A stretch of DNA of 64,000 nt, taken from the NCBI GenBank assembly GCA_011109175.1, contig RDEW01000003.1, forward strand, positions 1,422,429 through 1,486,428, read 5' to 3'. The stretch comes from Dicyema japonicum. Taxonomy: Eukaryota > Animalia > Dicyemida. The notes under the pieces were generated by a model, which was not told the origin of the DNA, made no database searches, and saw only the letters and a program-made list of their open reading frames with translations. Of this stretch, positions 38,040-50,369 are shown in pieces; the stretch's first letter is position 1, and every line of letters starts with the position of its first letter. The position numbers were made by a program, and so were the translations under genes.

Positions 38040-38225
38040 CAAATAATAATTTATGTTTTCCAGGTACTTTCCCCTTTCATGTAAAAAATGCTGTTTCGAC
38101 TTTTTCGAACTCACAGCCTTGATGGAAGCAACATCAGTACTGTACGATACTCGAGAGAATTTTGTGAGGATAGAGGGATTATCAAATAGGGTACTTTCGT
38201 TTGATTATTTTAGACTGGAAGTTGT
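38040..38225 (+). pseudogene. Degenerate copy of the Miro EF-hand exon region
   Basis: tatgttttccaggtac..KKCCFDFFELTALMEATSVLYDTRENFVR aligns with 40090-40290 (KYCFDFSLEPTALMEVKSMLYDFSENFVR). Confidence 0.8.
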
Positions 38226-38289
38226 TTTACCTAAGCAATAATTTTTTATAAAATAATTTTTTATAACAAAAGAAATTGGAAAAACAAAA

Positions 38290-39124
38290 CTATTGCCAAA
38301 GCTGATACTCGAAATTATAACTAAAAATATGAAAAGCCTTACTCTGAGCGTTTTCTATAATCTTCCCGATCCGTATTTATCGGCCTTGATTTCGGCAGAG
38401 TTAACCTCTTTGAAGGGATTGAGGGTGGATGAAATTCGCCAAATTAGTACCAATTTAATACTACTTTCAAACACCAAAGAATGGTTTCCTAAATTATTCC
38501 ACATTGTTTTCGAAGAATTCGGCTGTCGTCGAGCAGAACTACACGTTAACAACGTCCTTACTGCCTATCGTAAATGACATCCTGGCTCTAAAATTCTTCA
38601 TTTACACACCTTTTCAGAGAGCCGATCTTTCAGATAGGCGATTTCTTTACTCATTTCCCTGATTTTGCTTAAATTAGGAAAAATTCCTACTTTTCGTACT
38701 TTCGATGTCTTTCTTCATTTTCACGATTTTTTTGTGTCAACTGAAAGTCAGTTATTAAATACTTTTTGTGACATGTATGTAAACAAATGAGTACGATGAC
38801 TTTGCTGAAAATTCAGAGCGTGTGTAAATTTATCGAACAAGTTATGAATACTTGAGAATAAAGATCCCGGATTTTGAAAAAGATTAGCAATCTTCGGGTT
38901 TAGCTAAGAATTTGAAAAAATGGAGTTAACTTTTTTCGAAAACAAGACGTAATCACAAGGTTTCCCACAGGCCTGGCACACAGGATTTATGGCTAGGTGT
39001 AAGTTTGCTTAATACAGGATTTAAGACAAGACTCGCAGAATATATGACCACAGTTTGTAATGAAAAATTTAAGTTTGTTGCAGCCTATTCGATAGCAATT
39101 ATTGCAGTGAAACCAATCGTGCAT
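38290..39124 (-). CDS. RNF212: RNF212/Zip3-family meiotic RING E3 ligase (absent from the ORF track)
   Basis: MHDWFHCNNC..FFITNCGHIFCESCL|..VCQACGKPCDYVLFSKK|..ALNFQQSHR matches the RNF212 W..CN.C..F.LT.CGH..C..CL..C..C..FQ..HR pattern. Needs short introns and one homopolymer correction. 3' end approximate. Confidence 0.8.
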
Positions 39125-39279
39125 ACAACAAAAAAACAGCAACCTAATTAAATGACAAAATTTCCCTCTCTTATATAGAGAGTTTATTTTATTTTAAATT
39201 TAAAATCAATTAAATAAATAAATTTTAATTTTTAATAAATATATTTTGTTTTCACGGTTTAATTGTATTGTTTGTTACA

Positions 39280-41533
39280 ATGAAAAACTTCATTAACGTC
39301 GTTCTTGTAGGAGATGGTAATTATCTTTCTTTATGACTCTAAAATAGCTGGAACCGGCAAGACTTCGATAATTCTTTCACTTGTAGGAGAAGAATTTATA
39401 AGCGATGTATATGTTGAATTTACCTATTTCTAGGTTCCTCCCAAGATCGACAATATCACCATTCCTCCTGATATGAGTCAAGATGGGATTAGCACGAATA
39501 TTATTGACACGTCACGTTTACTTATCATTTATTTTTAGTCCAAGAACAAGATGAGATTGAAATAGCCGATCATGTCCGTCAGGTGATCTAATTTACTCAT
39601 TTTTCAGGCTGACGTTGTCTGTGTGGTTTGTGACTGTACTAATATGTCTTCATTTTACTCGGTTGGGAATTTTGGTTTACTTTCAGCTGGAGGAGTTCTG
39701 GTTGGATCTAATTAGAGACTCTTCCTTCGACGGACCCAGAAAACCAGTCATCATAGTTTGCAATAAGGCAGATCTTGTAGAACAGGCTCAAATTGAAGTT
39801 CTTATAACTTTAATGCTTAGTATGCGGTAGAGATGATGGATAAGCATTTTCAAATAGCCACGTGCATAATGGTTACTATTTTTAATATTTTTAGTCCTCG
39901 GCTGTGACTTTAAAGAATATTAGCGAGGTTTTCTACTACTCGCAAATGTCGTATTTGTACCCGATCCCCGTTTTGTACGACGCAGAGAAGTTCTGTCTCA
40001 CAGAATTGTGTCGAGAAATTTTTACTCGGATTTTTCACGTTTGATGTCTTTTAATGTTAGATTTGTGACCAAAATAACGACGGAATTCTCGACGATGATG
40101 AGATGTATGTTTTCCAGGTATTTTCTTTGTTTATGCAAGAAATACTGCTTCGACTTTTCTCTCGAACCCACTGCCTTGATGGAGGTGAAATCAATGCTGT
40201 ACGATTTCAGTGAGAATTTTGTGAGGGATGGAGGGATCACCAAAGAGGGTACCTATGTGTGATTATAATAGGCTTTATTAAACTGCAAGTCGTGTTTATT
40301 CAACAAAACCAGCAGGAAACTGTATGGAATGTGCTTAGAAAGTTTGGATACGACGAAGATCTAACTTTTATGGATGCCATGAGGATAGAAATGTGACCCC
40401 ATTATGATTTAAGGAAGACTGAATGTCTCAAATAATTCACAGATCGTCGAATGACTGAGCATGGAGTTGAATTTGTCCTTTACCTCTTCGATAAGCACGA
40501 TTCAGTTTGTTTTTTTAAATCACGCGTGTTAGGATAATGACGGATATTTGTCATTTTCGGACTTAAATCAATTCACATTGCTGGATCCGTCGTTCTTTTT
40601 CAACGACACGTTTTATTTCGACATTATTGGACGAATAAGCCGCAAACTGTTTCTTATGATGTGGCGGTTTTCCACATTTTTTTAAATTTTCAGAGTTATG
40701 GTTCATGTGGAACCAATTTCGGTTTTGAGGGCTTTTGTTTACCTCGGATTTGGCTTCCTTTACGGTCCTGTGGATTCTGCCATTAAAGGTTGGTGGCATT
40801 TGTTTTTTTAGTTATACCACGTGTTGGGTTGTTTGATAGTGGAAGGTCTGTTTTTTTCAAAGGTTTTCTCCACGAGTTATCAGTCAAAGGTTCAGTCGTC
40901 CTTTATTGTTAGATTGACCTTTTCTCTCAATTTCAAGTGAAGTATTCAGCTTTGAGGCTCACAAATTTTGGGTTTGACGAAATATTCACAAATGATTCCT
41001 ACAAGTTGTTAATCGTTAGGCTTTGGATTGATCTTTTAGTTGGAGGACTGCAATCCTACAAATTTTACGAGTGATAGTCTGGCATCTTGTGATGGTGCCT
41101 GTTTTCTGTACGATGGAACAGATCCTTCCAGTTTTGATGCGTGCTCACGTGTCTGTAAAGTAGGTCATTTATGGTGTTTTAAGCAAATTATGGTTGATGG
41201 ATATCCCACTCCTTCACTTGTAGTTATACGCGGTAACGGGGATCGTCGTCAAGTTATACAAGACACTCCACAGCAGCCACGTGTGTTCTGTTCTAATAAT
41301 CAACTTCCTTTGGTCGATTTTCCCGCCTCCTCATTCAAGGAATTTTTGAAAAATCTTTTTAAGGCTTTTTCAAAGTAATATAAATTTATCATTTGAGTAG
41401 TTCCGAGCCTGTTGAGAATGACAAAAAAATTAACTTTTTTCCGTTGAATATATCAAATACTACTTTGACTGTTTCTTTTTCTGTTGTCATACTTGTGATT
41501 GGTTTTTTTATCGGCAGATCATTAAATAAATAA
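39280..41533 (+). CDS. RHOT: Mitochondrial Rho GTPase Miro (GTPase-EF-EF-GTPase-TM)
   Basis: VVLVGD|AGTGKTSIILSLVGEEF, DQNNDGILDDDEM, QETVWNVLRKFGYDEDL, CDGACFLYD and C-terminal TM LTVSFSVVILVIGFFIG. Confidence 0.92.
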
Positions 41534-42275
41534 CTCTTACTTTTTCTTAAATTTATTGCATAACCCCATCGTTGGTTTTTTCTTGCTAAGAAATGGGTGA
41601 TTATCTGTGTTTTTTTTAAAGAATTATTATTTCTTACTTGAAATGTTGAACAGGATTTAGACACATCAACATCCCAGAATCGCTGGAATTTGCATTGACA
41701 ATCTTGGTCGAAGATATTCTTAATTGGGCGGGTCAGGATGGAATCAATGTGAATTCCAAACGGTATTGGGTTCGATTTTTGTGGATTATCATTGTTGACC
41801 GCAAAGGGATCCTGCTGAAGGAGAGTTGTAAGGTTCCCTGACAAACTTTCTTGAACGACATAATCAAACGTGGTCTAGAGGCTGGATGGTTTCACCACAG
41901 TAATATAACCTCCTCATATGGACCATGAAGACAGATAGCGGGAAGACAGGATTACGATCTTTCTTTTTCTCTTGTGCATCAACTCTTCTTCCTCTCGTTT
42001 GTCGTTTTGAACCTGTAGTGATTATCCACCTACTGACTATGCCGAATGATCGCCATTTTACTGGTTCCTTTGCAGTTTATTTTCCCGGAAATTAAATTGC
42101 TCACTTTTATGAGATTAACAGTGCCTTCATAAGTCTCACTATAATTAATGCGGATTATTGCTAATTCCTTTAAGGTGATTAATTTTGAGAAACCAAATCC
42201 TACCAAAACTGTTGCATAAAGTTTTTTCCTGAGACTATCTTCTGTTGGATTCGAAATAGCCTTGCTTGCGAACAT
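41530..42275 (-). CDS. Unidentified gene convergent with, and abutting or overlapping, the Miro 3' end
   Basis: ATG 42275 (MFASKAISNPTEDSLRKKLY..) and a long open frame 41389-41844 containing an intron-like gtaagaaat..cacag. No family recognised. Confidence 0.4.
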
Positions 42276-42373
42276 TTATAAATTGATAAAACGTTGATTC
42301 ATTTTTTGGCAATTCTTCAAAAAATGATTTGTTTTTTTAATTAGTCTTTAAAATTAAAGAAAAGAGAGTAAGG

Positions 42374-42478
42374 TTATATAGCGGCTGCCCTGACTGCGTG
42401 GCTATTCCCTCTCAGGATAGCGAGCGAGATTCGCTCAAATAACCAGCAGCACTCACGAGGGTCTCCTGTTCGTGATTT
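42374..42478 (-). mobile_element. CRE-clade 3' tip, open frame to stop
   Basis: SRTGDPRECCWLFERISLAILRGNSHAVRAAAI*. Confidence 0.85.
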
Positions 42479-42749
42479 GTTTTTATAAAAAAATAATCTT
42501 AATTTCATTTATAGATAATTTTTCAGTTATATTTATTTACATAACCCCAGAACATCGAGAAAGAAGGTAATAGTAACCGAACTAATTAGACAAGACAGTT
42601 TTATTTACTGAAAAACCCAAGACTAATTAAAGAATAGAAAATCCGAAAGAAAAGCTGAAAAACTAATTCAGAGGGTTTGTATCTTCTGAGTGGGGTTAGT
42701 TTAATAAGACACAGTGTGTCTTTTCTCAGGTAGAAAACCTCAAATTACA

Positions 42750-43650
42750 TCACACGTTATTACATATGACGTAATATTTCTTCAATTGTTTTTTCCTTAA
42801 GGAAGCTTCAATATCTTGCCTTAAATCAATCAAGACGCCAACTTAATGGCATATCTCCTGGATTTCTCAGGTAATTTTAGGAATTTGTTTCTTTCTGTCT
42901 CAAACCACCATTGATAACCATATATCAAGAATTTTTCAATGCATGCAAAACCGAACTAATTAGGTGATAATTATTCAGTTATTTGACACAGTTCCCCATT
43001 TGATTGCTGGAATGTAAAAATAAGTTGTTTCGAAGATCCTCCCTAACGAGTAAATATTTTTTTGTTTCCTCAGCAGAGTTGTATAATTGAAAAATTGAGT
43101 CTTTTGTGAACAAAAATTATACGTGTACGAGAGGAGATTCAGATGATGTTCGCATCTCAGCCTTGCAAGATTTATTCAAATGCTATGAGGGAGTTTTGAT
43201 TTAGAATAATGTATTTTCGGAGATAACTTATCAATGAGTTTATTTACTCAAAGTGTAGTGATGGATCTAGTCGCTATTTTTGTGTGAAAAATTTTAAGAT
43301 ACCTCCGGGTGCCGCGATATTTTTTTGAAAGCAACTGAGTTGACAGTCGAACCTTTTTTATTTCAGAAAAAGCGGGATTTATCCATAAATAGTTGCAAGA
43401 CTATTTCTTCAACGACACGCAAAATAAATTGGGTCTATAGCATTTCAAAGAGGTCGGTGATAATTAGCATTTTGCATTCTCAATGAATGTGCTCTATGTG
43501 TGACGTTTTAGGCTGCAAGATGGAATCCGTAAACAAATGTTTTGAATTTTCCGCATTTTTTCCAGGTTTTTAAGGACACAAAATACCCATGCTAGCATAA
43601 TTATAGAGTTTTCCGACCATTAACGTAACTTTCCCGATCAATAGCGTCAA
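42750..43650 (-). mobile_element. Possible Helitron/PIF1 helicase remnant
   Basis: Degenerate matches AAPGG (DAPGGTGKT), NGELCQITE (NGT..V..L) and IPKIT..PGDMPLSWR (IPRI..P..QFP). Many stops. Confidence 0.3.
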
Positions 43651-43664
43651 TTTCTACTAACAAT

Positions 43665-44010
43665 AATAATACCAGAAACCACGGTTACATAAACTAATTA
43701 ATCACGTGATCCCAGCACGCTCTAGCAAGGACCACATCTTGGCCGATGCTCCTCCCTCGACCCCACACAATCACGTATTGGTCGAGTGACTGGATCTTCG
43801 CAGTCATGATTATAAGTTCCGTGGTTCATTAGCATCATGGCTTCAAAAGGCATTGGTGGCTGGAACTCATCAGAAATCCAGCGTTCCATGATTTTGGAGA
43901 GCTCCTTTTTGACTAGATCTTCAAGACATTTGTCCAAGAGATGAGTGGGCCCCAGATATAACATGCTTAAGAGATGCATGGAGGCTTCTTTTCGGCTAGA
44001 TCTTCAGAAG
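43665..44010 (-). mobile_element. LINE 3' fragment with terminal stem-loop and (TAT)n tail
   Basis: Reverse complement reads ctgggatcacgtgattaattagttt..ccgtggtttctggtattattatt; same subfamily as 7857 and 50291. Confidence 0.7.
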
Positions 44011-44012
44011 CC

Positions 44013-44333
44013 GGGTAGCATAGTGGTTAGGTGTCGGGCTAAAGTGACTTAGGTTACGGGTTCGATTCTTGCTGCTGTTCACCTGGTGGAAGGTTCCACG
44101 CATCTACGATGCCAAAAGGGTTTGACGAGTGACGCCATCATCAGTGGATACTCACTGCGGAACTGGATTGTCTAGAAAGGACCCACACACACAAGAAAAA
44201 GAAAAAAAAGTGAAGATCATTCCTTGGTTCTACGATTAGTTAAAATTAACTGTTCTTTACTTAAATAAAGTGTGTGTCCTGCCTATACGGAGTATTATGG
44301 CTCCGTGAAAAAGGTTGTTATTATTATTATTAT
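44013..44333 (+). mobile_element. Full-length tRNA-derived SINE
   Basis: A-box tagcatagtgg, B-box gggttcgattc, conserved body, 3' hairpin acggag/ctccgt and (TAT)n tail. Confidence 0.92.
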
Positions 44334-44755
44334 GTCAAGTGATCAGTGTGATTTGATTGAGTTGGTGACGTAAAACACATCCTGGAGAAATCGTACTTAT
44401 CAAAAACCAAGACCTATATACAGCCTGTAAATCGAAGGACTTAGATACAATTATTACCACGACCAGATAGGGATTATTTGGGCGCATATTACAAATGAAT
44501 CATGGCGTTACTGATTGCGATATTAGGGCTTCCTCTGCTCAGGGGATTTTAGAAACAATCCACAAACAACTTTTCTATCAATAATCACAATCTCGAAAAG
44601 ACCGTGGAGGAGTCCAACAGACCGGATCATTCGGAGGGTGGCACAAGCAACAGGAATGTCATAACTTTCTTATTGCGAGTGTGCATTATAATAATAAATG
44701 ATCAAAGTGAAAGGAAACAGCAAATCCATCAAAGAGAAGGACCATTTCTTATAAG

Positions 44756-46290
44756 TTGAGAAAATTGATAATCAAACAGGCATGCATTGGTTGCGACAAT
44801 ATAATTTCACGAATTCTGAGTCTTTTACGAATTACTATTTCAGAAATTGTTTACATAATTTTGAAACAAGGTGTATTCAATACAACTTCTCATGGTGGTG
44901 ACAGTAGAACGAAACTTACTGCAGCTGTTGGGAAGACAAGAATGCGACTATTTCTCTTACGCGTCCCGCACGGGTTACCCATCAACTGCTGGTAACATTT
45001 CACCTGTAATCACATGTCACTTGTCATTTCTTATCAAAAATCAAAGAATTTACGACATGTCACCTAACATCAAATCAACACTAATTGGTTTCTAATCAAA
45101 GAATGCATTTTCTTAAGTCTATATTTTCTTGACTCGATTCATCTTGACTTTTCAATTCTCCTGATCCTGTCTTAATCTGTGATAAAAAATTAAATAAACC
45201 TCTATTCGGTTGTTTGACAAAATTTGAGTAATTTTACTTAGCTTTTCATATGGAAATTCAAATCTGCTCAACCTTAGCGTTGAATTTGTCCCATAATCCT
45301 TTAAAACTCGTATCTAAATTTGTTCACTAAAAATACCTCATTTCCAATAGAAAAATCATACTTTGTTTGATGAACGTTGTGTCTATCTGAAGAACAGCGG
45401 CCGAATGCCGCTTAGGGATCTAGTGTCTATCAGGTTTTCAAATTTTCCGTATTGAGGTATAGTCGACCATTAATGACAATAAATTTCTCGGATTTTTTCA
45501 TTAATTTGTATTTCGCCTGTCTTGAAGATGTCTGTAAAAAATCACCATTTAGAATGCTCACGATGAATTGATATTCTATAATATTTTTGACAAAGCCTAT
45601 TATTATCATATAAAGAGATAAACATTTTATAGGGCACATGTTGAATATTTGTGAATAACGGCAAAATATATTATGTATGTCCGACACGATTAAAAATGAT
45701 CAAAGCCACATTAAGTATGACATCTGGCATGTGGCTTGACAGTGATTGACAGGTAACATGTAACCAGTGTGGGACGCGTCATCACCACGGGACGCGACAT
45801 AATAATTTGGTTCAGAATGTTCAGGAAAGGTTTTCTATAATTGTTAGCCGGAGCACAATGGACAGATGTTTAATGGATTTCCATTGTACATTGGAAAACT
45901 GGGGCTGTTATCCTTGAGAGGCTAAATACAGATGTAAATATGCTCATTCAATAATTTGCCTTTAATTGTTGATGATTGTCAATTTATTTTTATTGATGAG
46001 TTCGAATTTTCAGTATCCTAAGACCAAAACGAGGAAGAGTTGATTCAGGATCTTCTGCCTACATTCCTGTAGGGGGCATGTGTCGTTGCATCAATATGGT
46101 ATGCTTAACAACCATATTAATGGAATACTTCTTAATATGGAAGATTTTAACATTTTTCCAGAATCCTTAAAAATCTTTGTTCTAAAAATTAAAGCGTGAT
46201 CTTTATTTTTAATAATGCCCCCATTCATCTTTATACGGGCATTAAAGAATTGATTGAAATAGCAAATCTCCGTGACCTAAAACATTCTCT
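44756..46290 (+). mobile_element. Tc1/IS630-type (DDE_3) transposase remnant split by an inserted element
   Basis: ISRILSL..SHGGDSRTKLT..KNATISL | NLVQNVQERFSIIVSRSTMDRCL..PERLN..FIDEFEF..FNNAPIH..IKELIE. Confidence 0.7.
44959..45799 (-). mobile_element. Non-autonomous Ginger-like element with imperfect TIRs and internally deleted integrase
   Basis: Inverted repeats acgcgtcccgcac..acctgtaatcacatgtca versus tgacagtgattgacaggt..gtgggacgcgt. The right terminus ends ..gcgACA. Coding remnants KYKLMKKSEKFIVINGRLYL and FSIGNEVFLV..KITQILSNN (GPY/F-like). Confidence 0.65.
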
Positions 46291-46345
46291 AAAAATTAAT
46301 TAAATAATCCAAAAAAATAATTATATTCAATTAAGATGGATAAAA

Positions 46346-47153
46346 TTATAAAGTAAATAAAACATGTCCGTCACATATTCCACTTTGAATTTTAACCAAT
46401 TTGAGAGATAATCGAGGACCAATCTCCTCCAATAGAACAGTCCTCTTCTCCTCAAGTTTTTCACTTTCAACCAAATCGGCCATTTCTTTTAATTGAGACA
46501 AATCAGGTGGAAGTCTTCGAGACAACAAAGAATCCACTGTGCCTCCCAATTTAGGAGTAGCCCCCTCAATGAGACTCTTCATTCTGATAGAATAATGTCG
46601 TAATTGGAAGACATCATCACAATAACAGACTGTCACACAACGCTTTATATTGTTAGATTCTACTTCCACCGCTGGAAATAGACCTTCCAATAATTTGATA
46701 ATCAACGTACCCACACGATCACCCACTTTCGATATATTTTTGAGAATTAAGAGAGGAGACATCACAAAGTCATATTTATTAAGCCCTTCCTTGGTTATAT
46801 TATCAGCATTTGTGACATTGAATGTAATAGTCGGTCCATGTGGGAGTTTAATGAGATTGAGTGTGAGTACGTCAGTCTGATTCAGAGTTATTAAATGAGT
46901 TAGCTCGGAGTCCTCAATCAGAGGTTGAAGGGAGTCTCCATAGTTGGAGTTAATACGGTGCGATGTGTTTGGCCTAATCATACTTCGAATGCTCTTTGTT
47001 AGTCTTGTAAGATTCACTGAACGAAGTCCAATGTTCACAACCATACAATAAGGTAATTTCACGTTTTCCTTTTCTGCTTTGCTTTTGGCTCTGTTACGTC
47101 TTGTTAATTTTCCCTAAATTATATTTTATATTTACTCTTCGTTTCTTCCCCAT
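46346..47153 (-). CDS. PPAN: Brix-domain ribosome biogenesis protein Peter Pan/Ssf1
   Basis: MGKKRR|GKL (22-nt intron 47114-47135), LIKLPHGPTITFNV, QLRHYSI, LPPDLSQL, LEEIGPRLSLKLVKIQSGICDGHVLF. Confidence 0.9.
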
Positions 47154-47247
47154 CTCACAAACTATCCACGTTTATTAATAATTTTATTTTAAGGTTTAAT
47201 TTTTAAAATTAATATTTAAATAAATAAATAATAAATATTTAATATTA

Positions 47248-47619
47248 ATGGAAGATCGTTGTGATACTAAAAAAAGTGGTAAATATTAAAAAATATAATT
47301 ATCAGTGGGAGATGACTCAATTGGCAAGACTGAACAACTAATTAGCGATGAAATGTTAAAATCACTTGAAAATAATAGTCTGGAGTTTAAATATATGGAT
47401 TGGCGGTTTAATGTGGAGGTCATAAGTTATATCTATTAATAGGTTGGTAGTAGAAGTTGTATGAGTAATATACGCCCCACGTGTCTAATTAATATTTGCC
47501 TTAGTAAATATAATTTCTCAAATGTGACTGAAAGATTGGAAATTGACTGTGGAATGTTGACCAGACTTACTAAATCATTAGAAGAGGCTAACAAACTATT
47601 ACAGTTTAATAAATACTAA
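47248..47619 (+). CDS. About 100-aa ORF with a degenerate small-GTPase-like P-loop
   Basis: Removing two GT-AG introns (26 nt at 47279, 24 nt near 47419) gives a continuous frame MEDRCDTKKSVGDDSIGKTEQL..LLQFNKY*. Confidence 0.5.
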
Positions 47620-48984
47620 GTTGTGGTTATATTTTATAACATTAGTTAGTTAAATGCACTCCCGCGTTACCCATAATCATATGAATACTAAAGGTTCCGC
47701 TTTTGCCGTGCTCTTCACTATTCGTTCAACCAGTTCTCTCAATGAACTTTCCTCTTCGCACGTCTCTGCTGTTCATCATGTCGTCCGCAGTCCTCTAACG
47801 TTGATATATTATCAGACTTAACATGAGATCTAATAGTTTCTGATAAATTAAGTATCCTTTATACAAGTTATCCTAGCGGGTGGTGGACTTGATTTTCATC
47901 TGGTTACTTGGTCGAAAGGTTTCTCGACCATTTCGCAGTTCCTTCTATCCATACTTTCGATAACGTGACGTCATGTGACCCACTTGTTTCATAAAGCACC
48001 CAGTACTAGGGAGACATCAAAAATATCATTTAGAACATTCCCCTGAAGATCTTCACAGCTGTATTTTAGATTGACTTGTCTCTTTACGACGACGGCTGAG
48101 GAAACTGATCGCATTTAATTAGTCGTTGACTTGCGTGGGCTCGAGGGAGGAACATAGTGTTAATTGAAGTCTCTGTTGGATAGTGCCTGAATCACGTGAG
48201 TAGTTAGTTTGGTGTTACCGTATTCGAAATTCAAACCAAAAATAGAAGACACTAAGATCTCTTTTTTTACTTAAATCCAAAACTAGCACATGCATTGAGA
48301 AAACTCTTAAGAGTGATTGAACACAAACATGGAATCAAGGTGTCTAACGAAAAGTTCATCTTTGCCTCCAACCAACATGTTGAACTGATATGTGTAGTTC
48401 AAGAACATCACTTCCGATGTGAAAAGAGGAGATACGACTGTTTCGGATGTGGAGAGAGGGGATAAAAATGTGTTGAAAGTTAATTCCTCTGGGGAGGGGG
48501 ACTTCCATCAATTCGGATAAATAGTCTAAATATATGCAATGAGTATCGAACCATTCTTGACTTCTTCACTTGACTTTTCATGAATGACATGAAAGCGAAA
48601 AAGTAAATTTGAGACATTTCAGATAAAACCCCGAGGCTTACCATCCATGCGCGTTAATAAGTACCATGGTTCATGTGAAATTGTTAGATAAAATCTTGAG
48701 CAAACAATCCACCGATCCGTTGTATCCTGTTTTTTTGACAGGACTTGCTTATTAGAGCTAGGATAAGTCAGTACATCAACATAATCTCTAATGAAATGTT
48801 TTCCTTATAAATACTTAGTTTCATTTACTCCACTAAGGTAAATAACCACCGGTTCTACCGTCTTTGGACAGTTTTCCTAATAAACCATATTAATAATTGG
48901 GAGTGGTTACTTTTCTTTTTTTCTCGGCGTGTCCAGAAATTCAATATTAAGAATTTTCCCATCATTTTTGATATTGATTGACTA

Positions 48985-49086
48985 ACCTTGAGACAATTCC
49001 TTAGATTGCAGTTGTCTTTTGGGATTGCGGTTGTCCGCGGAAACGCTTACTCCGTAATGTCAGCAGCCGCTCTCACCCATTGTTAA
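48985..49086 (+). mobile_element. CRE-clade 3' tip
   Basis: QLSFGIAVVRGNAYSVMSAAALTHC*. Confidence 0.75.
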
Positions 49087-50269
49087 TAAATAATATTTTA
49101 TTTTTAAATAAATGAATTGGCATTCCTTAGATGTAGAAATTGTTGGGTCTATAAAGTTTACTAACAGTATCCGTCAATAAAGTCAAAAAATTGACGGGGA
49201 TGGAAAAAAAATCCATGTAGTTTCGAGTTAAAAACCTCGTTATTGTGCACAAAATCCATAGTTTTCACATATCTACGACGCTACTGGGTTTAACCAGATC
49301 GTCTAAAAACGGTAAGTATTGAGTGTCTAGTGAAAAAAAAACAATTATTATTTCAAAATTGGTAAAATATAATTTTTAGGTCAATTTTTATTGATTTTAT
49401 TTTCCTGATTTTTATTTCAATCAAACACATTGTCGCATGGTCCTTGAATTGATTGTTTAATAAGAGGTCATTGAAGAGGTTAAGTCTGCTGTAGAAAAAA
49501 TTTTTGGGAATTTTTATTGACTAGAAATTGGATCCTTATGCGGCATATTTTTAACTGCAAAAAACAGTTTTTATTTAATCATTCGTTTTGTAAACATCTC
49601 AAAGTAACAGGTTTATAATTTATTACTAAACAACTTGAAGGAGCGGCCTAGGGCCAGCTTGATAGCATTTTCTGAGAAAATCTTTGTGAAAGAGATGAGG
49701 GTTTTTTAGTTGATAAGAAAATAGCATTTAATTTTTGTTACGAGGAGGTTACCCACATCGAAATCTTGATGGTAGCAAGCTTCCTACATGTTAGTTAGGT
49801 CGGGGTAACTAACTATACAACATATGTTAATATTCTACAAATATCAGTTTTCTTGTCCCATCTATCAACTCCAGGATCTCCAGGATATTAAAGTTATGCT
49901 AAATCCGATATTCCTTTGCATAAGTTGAAAAGCTTGCAAGACTTGTTTGGAGAATTGTATATCATCTTACGTCCCCCTACGCTTGCCGATAAAGTGTAGA
50001 AAATATATATTAAAGACACTTGACAGAGTGAGTTAATGAGGTTTTACTTAACTTTATTATCGAGATAAAAAAGCTTTTTTTCGTATTAGGGGACGGAAAA
50101 ATAAAAAATCACATATCAAAAAAAAATTTTGACTCAAAAAAATAATTTTAGTATCACGTCTTCTGCGGCTTTCAAAAAACTATGTGAATTTATTTTCACC
50201 GCTATAGTCATTCAAAGATGACATAGTTTTCTCTCCTTAGTTTTCTTATACGGGTACGAGGATTCATAT

Positions 50270-50365
50270 CGATTATTTATTTAACATCCAAGACCACGGT
50301 AGAACCAAACTAATTATCACGTGATCCCGATGCGTTCTATTAGAGATCTCATTTTGGGCGGATGA
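50270..50365 (-). mobile_element. LINE 3' tip with terminal stem-loop
   Basis: Reverse complement reads gggatcacgtgataattagtttggttctaccgtggtcttggatgttaaaataaat. Confidence 0.7.
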
Positions 50366-50369
50366 CATC

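Noticed and set aside
42374-42478. GC-rich multi-hairpin segment resembling an HDV-like ribozyme or snRNA
   Set aside because: It lacks the HDV J4/2 and P2' elements and a proper Sm site. The reverse strand translates cleanly as a CRE 3' tip and has a homologue at 13824.
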